NCBI GenBank assembly: GCA_963662405.2
Contig: CAXXKT010000001.1
Location: 1,248,001 to 1,312,000, forward strand
Source of the DNA: Syntrophales bacterium
Lineage (GTDB): Bacteria > Desulfobacterota > Syntrophia > Syntrophales > UBA2210
DNA: 64,000 nucleotides
Reading direction: 5' to 3'
Shown here in pieces: positions 22,430 through 32,248 of the stretch; within the stretch, counting starts at the first letter, position 1, and each line of letters starts with the position of its first letter. The notes under the pieces are model-generated. The model worked only from the letters and a program-made list of their open reading frames with translations. It did no database searches and was not told where the DNA came from. Made by a program: the position numbers and the translations under genes.

Positions 22430-22461
22430 ACCCCTGTCCGTCACCGCGGCAGGGGTTTTTT
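22430..22461 (+). terminator. Rho-independent terminator after dut
   Basis: ACCCCTGTC...GGCAGGGGT followed by TTTTT. Confidence 0.75.
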
Positions 22462-22523
22462 ATTGTTTTATTTACAGATTTGGTGTAATTCGATGTGGCA
22501 TGGGCCAGAGGGGAAGAGAGCGG

Positions 22524-23699
22524 ATGAAAACATATACGGTCAATAAAACCTATCAAGAGATCAACGAGAAGATCAAAAAAGGGAGAGCCGTCGTCGTGAC
22601 CGCGGAAGAGATCATCGGGATCGTCGAGAAAAAGGGGGCGGTTGCGGCGGCCCGAGAAGTCGATGTCGTTACGACCGGGACCTTCAGCCCCATGTGTTCA
22701 TCGGGTGCTTTCCTCAACTTTGGCCATACCTCCCCCAAGATACGGGCTTCGAAGATATCGCTCAATGGTGTTCCCGCCTACGGGGGGCTCGCCGCTGTCG
22801 ATTGCTATATCGGGGCCACCGAGGTGGTCGAAGGGGACCCCCTGAACAGTATCCATCCGGGTGAATTCAACTACGGTGGTGGCCATGTCCTGGAAGACCT
22901 CGTCGCGGGGCGGGTCGTTCGCCTGCACCTCGAATCCTACGGGACCGATTGCTATCCGGCCCGCAGGCACGAAAAGAATATCACCATACACGACCTCAGG
23001 GATGCCATCCTCTTCAATCCCCGGAATGCCTACCAAAATTATAATTGTGCGACAAACCTGTCCGATCGGACGATCTATACCTACATGGGTGTGCTCAGAC
23101 CCGACATGGCCAATGTGACTTATGCCACATCGGGTCAGCTCAGTCCCCTCTTCAATGATCCCTATTTCAAGACCATCGGTGTGGGGACACGGATATTCCT
23201 CTGCGGAGGGCAGGGGTTTGTCGCCGGCCCCGGCACGCAGCACGATCCGCATGTCCTCCGGGGTGAGAACGGCGTCCCGAAGGAAGGGGCGGGAACACTG
23301 GCTGTCACGGGGAATCTGAAGGAGATGGATCCCCGATGGCTGGTGGGAGCGAGTATCCTCGGGTACGGTGTATCGATCTATATCGGCATAGGGATACCCA
23401 TACCGATACTCAACGAAGAGATGGCGCGGTATACGGCTGTTAAAGATGACGATCTCTATGCACAGGTCTACGACTACGGTATTGATTACCCGAACGGTGA
23501 TGCGCAGAGCATCGGGGAGGTCAGCTATCGAGAGCTGAGGAGCGGCAAGGTCAAACTCGCCGGCAGGGTCGTCCCGACCGCTCCCCTGTCCAGTTATTAC
23601 AAGGCACGGGAAATCGCTACCATCCTTAAGGATTGGATTAACAAGGGACAGTTCCTTTTGGGAGAGCCCCAGGATCGTCTCCCGTCCGACGATTCCTGA
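22524..23699 (+). CDS. DUF39 homocysteine biosynthesis protein (aspartate-semialdehyde sulfurtransferase-like), no CBS tail
   Basis: EINEKI..G.AVVVTAEE, DVVTTGTFSPMCSSG, NPRNAYQNY, TIYTYMG, LSPLFNDP. Confidence 0.88.
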   Translation: MKTYTVNKTYQEINEKIKKGRAVVVTAEEIIGIVEKKGAVAAAREVDVVTTGTFSPMCSSGAFLNFGHTSPKIRASKISLNGVPAYGGLAAVDCYIGATEVVEGDPLNSIHPGEFNYGGGHVLEDLVAGRVVRLHLESYGTDCYPARRHEKNITIHDLRDAILFNPRNAYQNYNCATNLSDRTIYTYMGVLRPDMANVTYATSGQLSPLFNDPYFKTIGVGTRIFLCGGQGFVAGPGTQHDPHVLRGENGVPKEGAGTLAVTGNLKEMDPRWLVGASILGYGVSIYIGIGIPIPILNEEMARYTAVKDDDLYAQVYDYGIDYPNGDAQSIGEVSYRELRSGKVKLAGRVVPTAPLSSYYKAREIATILKDWINKGQFLLGEPQDRLPSDDS

Positions 23700-24005
23700 C
23701 CCTGTACTGAAGGCGCAACTCGTTCGAATGGTTGGAAAAAGCACTAAAGACACCGGGGAAACGGTGAAATAAACCGTTTTTTGTGGGGAAAAGAGGGGAG
23801 AGAACGGGGACGCGATTTCCGTATCCGGGGGGAGGAAGAGAAAGCCTCGGTACGGATGGAGGGTTTCCCCCGAACGGAAAAAATGAGAATGCCTATCATA
23901 TCGAATGTTTAGACGGTAGGTGGCTGACACGTTTTTCTCCGGCGGGTGAAGCGGAGCGGGGATGAGAGGCAATCCGGTACAGTGTAGGAAAGTTGGACGT
24001 CAACA

Positions 24006-24021
24006 TGGCATACTTATTGCT
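24006..24021 (+). promoter_or_regulatory. Sigma54 (-24/-12) promoter upstream of ftsB-pilMNOPQ
   Basis: TGGCATACTTATTGCT: GG-N10-GC spacing, close to consensus TGGCAC-N5-TTGCW. Confidence 0.7.
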
Positions 24022-24068
24022 TTTTTCACCAAAGGGGCGAATTTCCTGTGCCGGGGAAGGGGAATTGT

Positions 24069-24335
24069 ATGAAGATCGGTAGAGTGCTCGGAGGGCTGTT
24101 TATTATCTTGGTGCTCCTTATCGTCTTCGGAGAGAGGGGGTTCATGGACTATCGCTCCCTCTTGGAAAAACAGGCCTCCCTGGAAGAGATCAATGCCTCT
24201 CTGATCAAAGAAAATAATGAGCTCAAGGGGGAGATAACCTTGCTCAGCAGTGACGCTCGCTACATCGAAACCGTGGCGAGGCGGGAACTCGGCATGGTCA
24301 GGCGAGGAGACAGGGTATATCAATTTATCGATTAG
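24069..24335 (+). CDS. ftsB: Septum formation initiator (FtsB/DivIC family)
   Basis: TM helix, FGERG, coiled coil, YIETVARRELGMVR. Confidence 0.85.
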   Translation: MKIGRVLGGLFIILVLLIVFGERGFMDYRSLLEKQASLEEINASLIKENNELKGEITLLSSDARYIETVARRELGMVRRGDRVYQFID

Positions 24336-24347
24336 GCGTGGGGATTG

Positions 24348-25415
24348 ATGTTTCTACCAAAAAGATTGTTTCCCGGCAGCAGAAGGGTTGCGGGGATCGA
24401 CATCGGGTCAAGCGCTCTCAAGCTTGTTGAGATCAAAGACACGCCGAAAGGGTGGACTCTCCAGCGCCTCGCACAGATACCCATCGAAAGAGGAGTCATT
24501 CAGAACGGTCTGATCAAGGATCCGGACGCATTAGCCAAGCGGATCAAAGACCTGCTCAAGGTGTCCCGATATCGTGGGAAGTATCTTACCACCGCCCTAT
24601 CGGGGCATGTCGTCATGATCAACAAGGCCGGTTTCCGGAAGATGGAAGAGGAAGAATTGCGGGATGTGATTGTCGATGAAGCCGGCGAGTATTTCCCCTT
24701 CGACGATATACGGGATGTCAACTTCGACTTCCATATATGCAGTGAAGAAAGCAGTGATCCCAACCAGATGGACGTGATTATCGCTGCCGTAAAAAAAGAA
24801 ATAACCGAGAGCTATACCGCTGCAATCGAGAAGGCCGGTTCCCGGGTTACGGTTATGGATGTCGATTCCTTCGCTCTGGAAACGGCCTATGAAGAAAATT
24901 ATGATTTTGAGGCCGACGATATCATTGCCCTGGTCAATATCGGAGCGAGCATCACAAACATCAATATCGTCCGAAATGCGGAATCCGTCTTTACACGAAA
25001 TATTATGGTGGGGGGAGACTCCATCACGGAAACCCTCAAGGAGGAACTCGGCCTTTCCTTCGAAGAGGCTGAGATGGTCAAACTTGAAGGTCGCGGCGGA
25101 GACGACGAGACCGGAGTTGCCGTCCTTGATTATCTCACCCCTCTTTTCCTTGAGATAGGGCGGTCTTTCGATTATTTCAGTTCGACGGCGAGTGGATCAC
25201 CTCTGAGCGGTATCCTCCTGAGCGGTGGGTGTGCGGTGATCCCGGGGATAGTAAACGCCATGAAGGATCGTTTCCACTGTGAGGTGGAGATCTTTAATCC
25301 CTTTAAAAATATCCTGTATAATAAAAACGTCTTCAGCGCTTCGTATCTGCGCGAGGTGGGGGCCACCGCTACGGTCGGCGTCGGTCTTGCCCTCAGGAGG
25401 GTGGAGGAATCATGA
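24348..25415 (+). CDS. pilM: Type IV pilus assembly protein PilM
   Basis: GIDIGSSALKLVE actin-like fold, LSGGCA; first gene of pilMNOPQ. Confidence 0.95.
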   Translation: MFLPKRLFPGSRRVAGIDIGSSALKLVEIKDTPKGWTLQRLAQIPIERGVIQNGLIKDPDALAKRIKDLLKVSRYRGKYLTTALSGHVVMINKAGFRKMEEEELRDVIVDEAGEYFPFDDIRDVNFDFHICSEESSDPNQMDVIIAAVKKEITESYTAAIEKAGSRVTVMDVDSFALETAYEENYDFEADDIIALVNIGASITNINIVRNAESVFTRNIMVGGDSITETLKEELGLSFEEAEMVKLEGRGGDDETGVAVLDYLTPLFLEIGRSFDYFSSTASGSPLSGILLSGGCAVIPGIVNAMKDRFHCEVEIFNPFKNILYNKNVFSASYLREVGATATVGVGLALRRVEES

Positions 25416-25957
25416 TACGGATCAACCTCCTCCCCTATCGAGAAGAACAGAAAAAGGCGAATATCCAGCGCCAGGTTATTGTCGGGGTAACCATCGTTGC
25501 CTTGTTTTTCATCATCGTGGTTGTCTTTCATCTTGACATAGGAAGGGACGTCGCGTCGCTCGATGCAGAGGTCAAGTCGGCAAGCGCCAGACTGAATGCC
25601 CTGACGGGGGTGACGGGTAACCTCGAACGATTTCAAAGAGATAAAGAAACCCTGCAAAAAAAGATCGGGGTTATACAGAACCTCGAAAGAGACCGGAACG
25701 ATTCGGTTCATATCATGGACGAGTTGGCTTCCCGGATTTCTCCGCAGACCGAATGGCTTATGACCGTTACCAAGAAGGAGGGAACCATTCGCATACAGGG
25801 CGTGGCATCCAACAATCCGGCGATCGCACAGTTCATGAAGCGGCTTGAAGCTTCTCCGTATATCGAAACGGTCGACCTGGTCTCGTCACGGCAGACAACC
25901 GTGTCGGGGGCAAAGCTGATGGAGTTTGTTCTCCTCTGTACCCAGAAGCGAGGTTAG
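25412..25957 (+). CDS. pilN: Type IV pilus assembly protein PilN
   Basis: MIRINLLP motif, TM helix, coiled coil. Confidence 0.93.
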   Translation: MIRINLLPYREEQKKANIQRQVIVGVTIVALFFIIVVVFHLDIGRDVASLDAEVKSASARLNALTGVTGNLERFQRDKETLQKKIGVIQNLERDRNDSVHIMDELASRISPQTEWLMTVTKKEGTIRIQGVASNNPAIAQFMKRLEASPYIETVDLVSSRQTTVSGAKLMEFVLLCTQKRG

Positions 25958-25960
25958 CAG

Positions 25961-26563
25961 ATGGCCATAGGATTTGAGGACATACAACGCCTATCCGGCG
26001 GGAAAAAGCTCCTGATCCTTTGCGGTGTTCTGCTCCTGATCGGGTATTTCTACTGGTTTTATCTCTTCCAGCCCACCTTCGAGCGGAAAATCCAGCTGAG
26101 AGACACCCTGGAGACTATCAACGGCCAGATAGCGTCACGGCAGCGGGTGGCCGATCAGATCGAGCGGCACAAGAGCGAAATAGCCAAACTCGAAGAGGAT
26201 CTTGCGATCATCCTGGCCAAGCTTCCCGAACAGAAGGAGATCCCCCGTCTGCTCACCGCCGTCTCCGAAGCGGGGAGAGATGCGGGGCTCGAATTCATCC
26301 TCTTCGAGCCCCTAGAACCCGTCTCGAAAAAATTCTATGCCGAGATACCCGTCAAGATGATTGTTACCGGGGGATACCATGATATCGCCGTTTTTGCCGA
26401 CAGCGTGTCACATCTCCCCCGCATTGCCACCATCACGGAGATAACCATCAAAAAGGGGATTGAACAGCGAGGGGGGGGGGATATCCTGCAGGCTGATTGT
26501 CTGATGAAGATATACATGTTTCTCGAAGAGGCGGAGGAAGGAGCAAATGGGAAGAAGGCGTAA
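25961..26563 (+). CDS. pilO: Type IV pilus assembly protein PilO
   Basis: LPEQKEIPRLL, FYAEIPV, GGYHD, LPRI. Confidence 0.93.
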   Translation: MAIGFEDIQRLSGGKKLLILCGVLLLIGYFYWFYLFQPTFERKIQLRDTLETINGQIASRQRVADQIERHKSEIAKLEEDLAIILAKLPEQKEIPRLLTAVSEAGRDAGLEFILFEPLEPVSKKFYAEIPVKMIVTGGYHDIAVFADSVSHLPRIATITEITIKKGIEQRGGGDILQADCLMKIYMFLEEAEEGANGKKA

Positions 26564-27020
26564 AACTCTCCTTCGATGGACCGCCTTTGGGGTCGCGGTC
26601 TTGTCTCTTATCGCGACAACGGTGACGATCCCGGATGCGCATGCGCAGGGTGCTGATCCCGAAGCCTATCGATACGATTCGGAAGGGAAACCGGACCCCT
26701 TCAAACCCTTTATGACAATCGTGGAAGAGGAAGAAAAAGAAACGGCAACGGTCCCTCTTTCCCCCCTGGAAAGGTTTACCGTGGGCCAATTCCGCCTCAC
26801 GGGCATTGCCTGGACCAGAGCCCAAAAGATTGCTATAGTGAGATCTCCGGAGGGGAAACGACATCTCCTCCACCGGGGCACTCCCATCGGAATCAATGGG
26901 GGAAGGGTAATCGAGATACGCCCCGACAGTGTCGTTATCCTGGAGAAGATCAAGGATTTCTCCGGAAAAATTACGGAGGAACGGGTTGTCCTCGCACTTC
27001 AGAAAAACAGGGGAGATTAA
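26547..27020 (+). CDS. pilP: Type IV pilus assembly protein PilP
   Basis: GKPDPF, PLERF, LTGI, G.PIG.NGG; position between pilO and pilQ. Confidence 0.88.
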   Translation: MGRRRKTLLRWTAFGVAVLSLIATTVTIPDAHAQGADPEAYRYDSEGKPDPFKPFMTIVEEEEKETATVPLSPLERFTVGQFRLTGIAWTRAQKIAIVRSPEGKRHLLHRGTPIGINGGRVIEIRPDSVVILEKIKDFSGKITEERVVLALQKNRGD

Positions 27021-28669
27021 TGAATTCAATGAGAAGTATAACGTTTTGCGTCCTTGTCACCCTGCTCTGCTTTGCGGTGCTGTCCGGTTGCGCAACCGTC
27101 GGTGATCCCTCTGCGGAGGGGGCGTTAACACAAGGCCCGACCGGAGAACGTGCCGCCGGATCCGAAATCAGGGGTCTGGTGTTCGAACGGCTGGAGGGGA
27201 AAGAGAGAATCTCCATAGATCTTTCCGGGCTCGCCGATTGTCACATATCACGTGAATCGGAAAGGACCCTGCTGATCACCCTCGAGGGGGTCTCGATCCC
27301 GGAGGGGGTACAACGCGAGTACGGTCGGGCTGGACTGCGCAATCTCGAAAGGGTTCTTCTCTATCAGGACAGGGCCGGGGCGAAGAACGAAACCGGTGTT
27401 CGGGTGGTGTTAAAACGGCTGGTCCCGTATCGCTATCGGACGGAGGGTACGACGGTCATGGTCGATTTTGATGTCTCGGTGCTCCCTCCTGCCGCGAAAC
27501 CGGACCGAAGTGCCATCGTGGCAACCGCCCCTGCGGAGGCGGGTGCGGCATCCCCCCAGGCTCCCGCCCTCCAGGAACCGGATCAGAAAAAGATGAGGGC
27601 CTACACTGGTGAAACGGTGTCCCTCGATTTCCAGGATGCCGATATCAAAAGTGTTTTCAGACTCCTGTCGGAGGTGAGCGGGTTGAGTATCGTTGCGGGT
27701 CCGAACGTGAAAGGAGACGTGACGGTTCACATGAAAAATGTCCCCTGGGACCAGGCGCTGGACACCGTTTTGGAGATCAACGGCCTGGGGAAGAAACAGG
27801 CGGGACGAGTGATAACGGTTCTCCCCGTCGCGGTACTCAAGCAGGTTGAAGAGGAACAACAAGAAAAGGCCGTGACCCAGGGGAAACTCAAGCAGGTCTC
27901 CATAGAGGCAAAGATAGTCGAGGTTACGACGAATTTCGCCCGAGAACTGGGGATTAAGTGGGGATACGGGTATACCGGTAACTGGGGCGAACGTGACTAC
28001 GGCGTGATGATAGGAACCGGCGCATCCGGAGCCCTCACCAGTCTTCCCAATGGGATCGGCCTGACCAGCAGCAATGTCGCCGTCAATTTTCCCTCCCTTA
28101 CGTCGGTGACGACACCGGCACTTGGGCTCGTGGTAGGGACGAGTAAATTTATCCTGGATGCGCAACTCTCGGCGCTTGAAAAAAGCGGCGACGGGAAGAT
28201 CATCTCATCCCCCAAGGTGACCACTCTCGACGGAGTAAAGGCCACGATCAAACAGGGGGAAGAGATTCCCTATACCGTCACGAGTGATGAAGGAAAACAA
28301 TCAACGGAATTCAAAGAGGCGACACTCAAGCTGGAGGTAACTCCGACGATCACCCCGGAGGGGAGGATCTCCATAGAAATGAGGGCCAGTAACGATTATG
28401 CGGACTGGGAAATCGATCCCCAGACGGGGTTGCGCGTTGATGAACCCCCCATCAATACCAGTTCGGTGGAATCGACCGTCGTCGTCAGGGATGGGGAGAC
28501 GATCGTCATCGGAGGTGTGTACAAAACAACCGCCAGTGAATCGATATCGGGGGTGCCATGGTTGTCGAAGATCCCTGTCCTTGGCTGGTTGTTCAAGTAT
28601 AAAACGGTGAGTAACGAAAAGCGTGAACTCCTGATATTCGTCACCCCGAAGGTGGTGGCGGAAAGTTGA
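27020..28669 (+). CDS. pilQ: Type IV pilus secretin PilQ
   Basis: N0 motif SLDFQDADIK...VPWDQALD; secretin domain QVSIEAKIVE...VPWLSKIPVLGWLF...ELLIFVTP. Confidence 0.93.
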   Translation: MNSMRSITFCVLVTLLCFAVLSGCATVGDPSAEGALTQGPTGERAAGSEIRGLVFERLEGKERISIDLSGLADCHISRESERTLLITLEGVSIPEGVQREYGRAGLRNLERVLLYQDRAGAKNETGVRVVLKRLVPYRYRTEGTTVMVDFDVSVLPPAAKPDRSAIVATAPAEAGAASPQAPALQEPDQKKMRAYTGETVSLDFQDADIKSVFRLLSEVSGLSIVAGPNVKGDVTVHMKNVPWDQALDTVLEINGLGKKQAGRVITVLPVAVLKQVEEEQQEKAVTQGKLKQVSIEAKIVEVTTNFARELGIKWGYGYTGNWGERDYGVMIGTGASGALTSLPNGIGLTSSNVAVNFPSLTSVTTPALGLVVGTSKFILDAQLSALEKSGDGKIISSPKVTTLDGVKATIKQGEEIPYTVTSDEGKQSTEFKEATLKLEVTPTITPEGRISIEMRASNDYADWEIDPQTGLRVDEPPINTSSVESTVVVRDGETIVIGGVYKTTASESISGVPWLSKIPVLGWLFKYKTVSNEKRELLIFVTPKVVAES

Positions 28670-28790
28670 CAAGTGTACGGTGCCGATGGTGATCCGGGAT
28701 TTCCACGGAGTGGTATCAGAGAGATAAGAGAGAAGGTCCTCGACATGAAGCCGGGGGCTGGTTGCGCGAAAAGAGCGGAGGAGTGTCAAG

Positions 28791-31700
28791 ATGAGAGAAT
28801 GGTTCCGTGATCGAGGGCTTGTGCTGATAATTTTCTGTATGGGCGTTGCCCTGATCTCGTGCGGAGGCGGGGGAAGTTCGTCGGGCGGTTCCGGAGGCAG
28901 TACGGCGGGTGCCATTACCCTGACCGCCGATCCGGTGGCGGGGATCCCCGCCGATGGGGCAAGCTCGTCCGCGATTACGGCCACCGTGGTGGACAGTGCC
29001 GGAGAGCCGGCAGTGGTAGGAACCTCGGTGACCTTCTCGACGACCCTCGGGTTTTTCCGTAACGGGAACACATCTTTTACGATGTCGATACAGGGCGATG
29101 CGGGTATTGCCGTCGCCTCGCTCTGCTCACTGATAGCGGGAACGGCGCAGGTCACCGTTACCTCCTCGGGGACGTCGCAGCGGATAACCGTCGGCTTTGT
29201 CGTTCCCACCGATATTCCGGCCACCCTCGCCCTCGCGGCGGACAAGACGACCGTCAAATCGGATGACTCCAACAGCGCCGCCATCACCGCCACGGTCCGG
29301 GCGGAGAGCACCGCCGTCATAACAGGGGTCCCCGTCACCTTCACGGCCACGGGGGGAGAGATCTCGGCATCGAGTGCCGAGACGGACGAAAACGGACGAG
29401 CCCAGGTGACCTTCTCGGCGGGCGATGACCGTCAAAACCATACCGTCACCATCACCGCCTCCGTCTCCGGGCTGGAGGACCGTTTCGTGGAGGTCGCCAT
29501 CGTGGGGACGACGGTGCAGATGACCCCGGAGCGGACCAACATCGAGATCGACGCCGCCCCGGTCCCCCTGGTGATTAATGTCAACGATGCGGGAGGGGGA
29601 GGAATTCCCTATGCCGCCGTCACCATCACCGCCGTCTCCACGGCGGGGGCCGGTGTCCCCCTCACCATGGCTGCGCCCACCGGGATGATCGCTCCGTCCA
29701 CCTATTCGGGAGTGACGGACCTGAACGGTGAACTGACCATGCAGCTCTCGGGGACCCGTGACGGTGGGGTGACGGTGACGGCAGAGGCCCTCGGCGCCGC
29801 GGCGAGCAAGGATTTCGTGGTCGGAGCGGCGGGCTTTGTCTTCGGGATCACCAATGTATATTACGAGGACCCCGCAAAATCGCTGGAAGAGGACCCCGTT
29901 CCCCTCTACGTGGGACAGGACCTCACCATCGAGGTCAACGCCCCCGCCCCCGATCAGGATACGATCCTCTTCGTCACCACGGTGGGGACCTTGACGGGCG
30001 ACATCGGTCTCCAGGTGGGACGGGTGATCACGGAACCGGTGGTGGGAAAAGTGGCCACGGCGGTCCTGAATGCCGCCTCCGCGGGGATGGCCACCATCTG
30101 GGTCATGGACGCCGATGATCCCTACACGACCGATTCGTTGAAGGTCGATATCTCACCGCCCGTGAGCGACGCCGCGCAGATCATTCTCCAGGCGACCCCC
30201 ACGACCATCGAGACGAACGCGGGGGACACCAGTACCTCCACCCTGATCGCGACCGTCACGAATGCGGAGGGACAGGTGATACGCGGCGCCCCCGTCGTAT
30301 TCTCGATGGAAGAGACGACCGGCGGAGGGGAGTTCATCTCCCCCGCCATCGCCTACACGAACAGCCTGGGGCAGGCCACCGCGACCTTCACGGCGGGGGC
30401 GCTTCCCTCGGGGGCGAACGGGGTAAGTGCCTGCGCCGCCGTGGTTGACCGGGCGGACATTCCCGACAGTTGTGTCTCCATCATCATCGGGGGGACCGCC
30501 GGTTCAATGGTCATCTCCCGGGGGACCACCATCGAGTCCGTCAATGACGGCACGGTGTACCGCCTCCCCATGACCGTCCTGGTGACCGACGCGACGGGGA
30601 GTCCCGTGAGCGGGGCCGTCGTTTCCCTCAGTGCGTGGCCGAGTCGCTGTGCCACGGGGTATTGGGAGGAAATCGATGACAATGAATGCCAGCCGGTGTA
30701 CGGATGTGTGCTGGCCAATGAAGATGTGAATAGAAACAATAATCTCGACGACGGCGAGGACCGGAACGGTGACCAGGTCCTGACACCCCCCCAGGCGGCG
30801 GCGGGGGGTCTCACCCCCGATTTTGACGCCGGTGTGGAGGGACAGTTCGAAATCACGGTTACTACCGACGGAAACGGTCTGGCCACCTTCGACCTCATCT
30901 ATCCGAAATCGTCGTCGGCCTGGATCGAGGACCGGATCACCGCCACCACCCTCGTCCTTGGAACGGAGACGACATCGACCACCACCTTCTGGCTCCCCTG
31001 GGAGACGACGGAATCGTGCAACCTCCCGAATTCTCCCTACAGCACCAAGTCGCTGTCCCTCTCCGCCTCCCCCTCCACCCTCACGGCGGACGGGTCCAGC
31101 ACCAGCACGATCACTGCGGTGGTGATCGACGCCCTGAACCAGGCGGCCAGCGGTGAGATCGTTCTCTTCGAGGTGACGTCCGGGGCGGGGACGGTCAGCC
31201 CGGCCATTGTCCTCACCTCGGCGGGGATCGCCCAGACGACCTACACGGCCGCCGCCGTCGCCGGGACCGAGACGGTCGAGGCGTGGGTGTCCGGGACGGA
31301 GTGCGCCTTTCATACGGTCCAGATCACCCTGACCGCGGCCGATTCCCCCACGGCGGTAATGGAGTGGACGGACCTGGGGGATCAGCAGCACGTCCTCTTT
31401 GCCGACGTATCCTATCCCTCAATCGAGACCGGTGCCGCCATCGATTCGTGGTACTGGACCTTCCGGCGGGCGAACGGAGCGCTGATCCGGGTGTCCTCCG
31501 CGCAGAATCCCGGACCGATTGCTCTGGGATCTCCGGGGTGGTACGTGGCGCAGCTCACGGTGACCGATGTCCTCGGCGAGACGGACACCGTCCTGGAGGC
31601 GGTGGAGGTAGAGGCGCAGGACCTCTCGGCGACGATGCCGACGGCCTATTTCGATAATACAACCGGCTTGTGGGACCTGGGGGATGGTGAACACTTCCTC

Positions 31701-32207
31701 TTCGCGGATCAATCGTCCGCCGCCAAGGGGACCCGGCTGGCGAGCTGGCTGTGGCAGTTCCGGCAGGCCGACGGTGACCTTATCTCCACCTCCGGCGTCC
31801 AGCACCCGGGGAGCGTCAGCCTCACGGGCTCCGTCGGTGACTATTTTGCCTCCTTGACGGTGACGAACAACCTGGGAGAGTCGGATACGGTGATGAAGGC
31901 GGTCGTATTGGCGGAGCCAGGCGGCGAACCAACAGACCCGACGGCCGAATTCACCTGGGCGGACCTGGGGGACCATGATCACGTCCTCTTTACGGATCTC
32001 TCCTTCGCGACCCCGTGGACCGAGCTGGTGTCGTGGGTGTGGACGTTCATGCATCTCGACGGGGAGGTCATAGCCACACACTCGGGTCAGACCCCGGGGG
32101 CCGTCAGTCTGGGAGGAGCCGGGACCTATGTGGTCACTCTGACGGTGACGGATGACAATACCCCCGGCCGGTCGGATACGGCGACGCAGATGGTGACGGT
32201 GGAGTAG
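28791..32207 (+). CDS. Large surface lipoprotein with invasin-type Ig (Big_1) repeats and three C-terminal PKD-like repeats
   Basis: Lipobox LISC followed by a G/S linker; repeated IPADG.SS..ITATV units; three repeats ending G.Y...LTVT(D/N). Confidence 0.85.
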   Translation: MREWFRDRGLVLIIFCMGVALISCGGGGSSSGGSGGSTAGAITLTADPVAGIPADGASSSAITATVVDSAGEPAVVGTSVTFSTTLGFFRNGNTSFTMSIQGDAGIAVASLCSLIAGTAQVTVTSSGTSQRITVGFVVPTDIPATLALAADKTTVKSDDSNSAAITATVRAESTAVITGVPVTFTATGGEISASSAETDENGRAQVTFSAGDDRQNHTVTITASVSGLEDRFVEVAIVGTTVQMTPERTNIEIDAAPVPLVINVNDAGGGGIPYAAVTITAVSTAGAGVPLTMAAPTGMIAPSTYSGVTDLNGELTMQLSGTRDGGVTVTAEALGAAASKDFVVGAAGFVFGITNVYYEDPAKSLEEDPVPLYVGQDLTIEVNAPAPDQDTILFVTTVGTLTGDIGLQVGRVITEPVVGKVATAVLNAASAGMATIWVMDADDPYTTDSLKVDISPPVSDAAQIILQATPTTIETNAGDTSTSTLIATVTNAEGQVIRGAPVVFSMEETTGGGEFISPAIAYTNSLGQATATFTAGALPSGANGVSACAAVVDRADIPDSCVSIIIGGTAGSMVISRGTTIESVNDGTVYRLPMTVLVTDATGSPVSGAVVSLSAWPSRCATGYWEEIDDNECQPVYGCVLANEDVNRNNNLDDGEDRNGDQVLTPPQAAAGGLTPDFDAGVEGQFEITVTTDGNGLATFDLIYPKSSSAWIEDRITATTLVLGTETTSTTTFWLPWETTESCNLPNSPYSTKSLSLSASPSTLTADGSSTSTITAVVIDALNQAASGEIVLFEVTSGAGTVSPAIVLTSAGIAQTTYTAAAVAGTETVEAWVSGTECAFHTVQITLTAADSPTAVMEWTDLGDQQHVLFADVSYPSIETGAAIDSWYWTFRRANGALIRVSSAQNPGPIALGSPGWYVAQLTVTDVLGETDTVLEAVEVEAQDLSATMPTAYFDNTTGLWDLGDGEHFLFADQSSAAKGTRLASWLWQFRQADGDLISTSGVQHPGSVSLTGSVGDYFASLTVTNNLGESDTVMKAVVLAEPGGEPTDPTAEFTWADLGDHDHVLFTDLSFATPWTELVSWVWTFMHLDGEVIATHSGQTPGAVSLGGAGTYVVTLTVTDDNTPGRSDTATQMVTVE
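31347..32204 (+). repeat. Three tandem ~90-aa PKD-like repeats
   Basis: PTA...DLGD..H.LF.D.S...SW.W.F...G......Q.PG...L...G.Y...LTVT occurs three times. Confidence 0.8.
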
Positions 32208-32248
32208 AGGAAAAGCCTGCCTTGATTAATATTAATGGCCGGTGAAGA

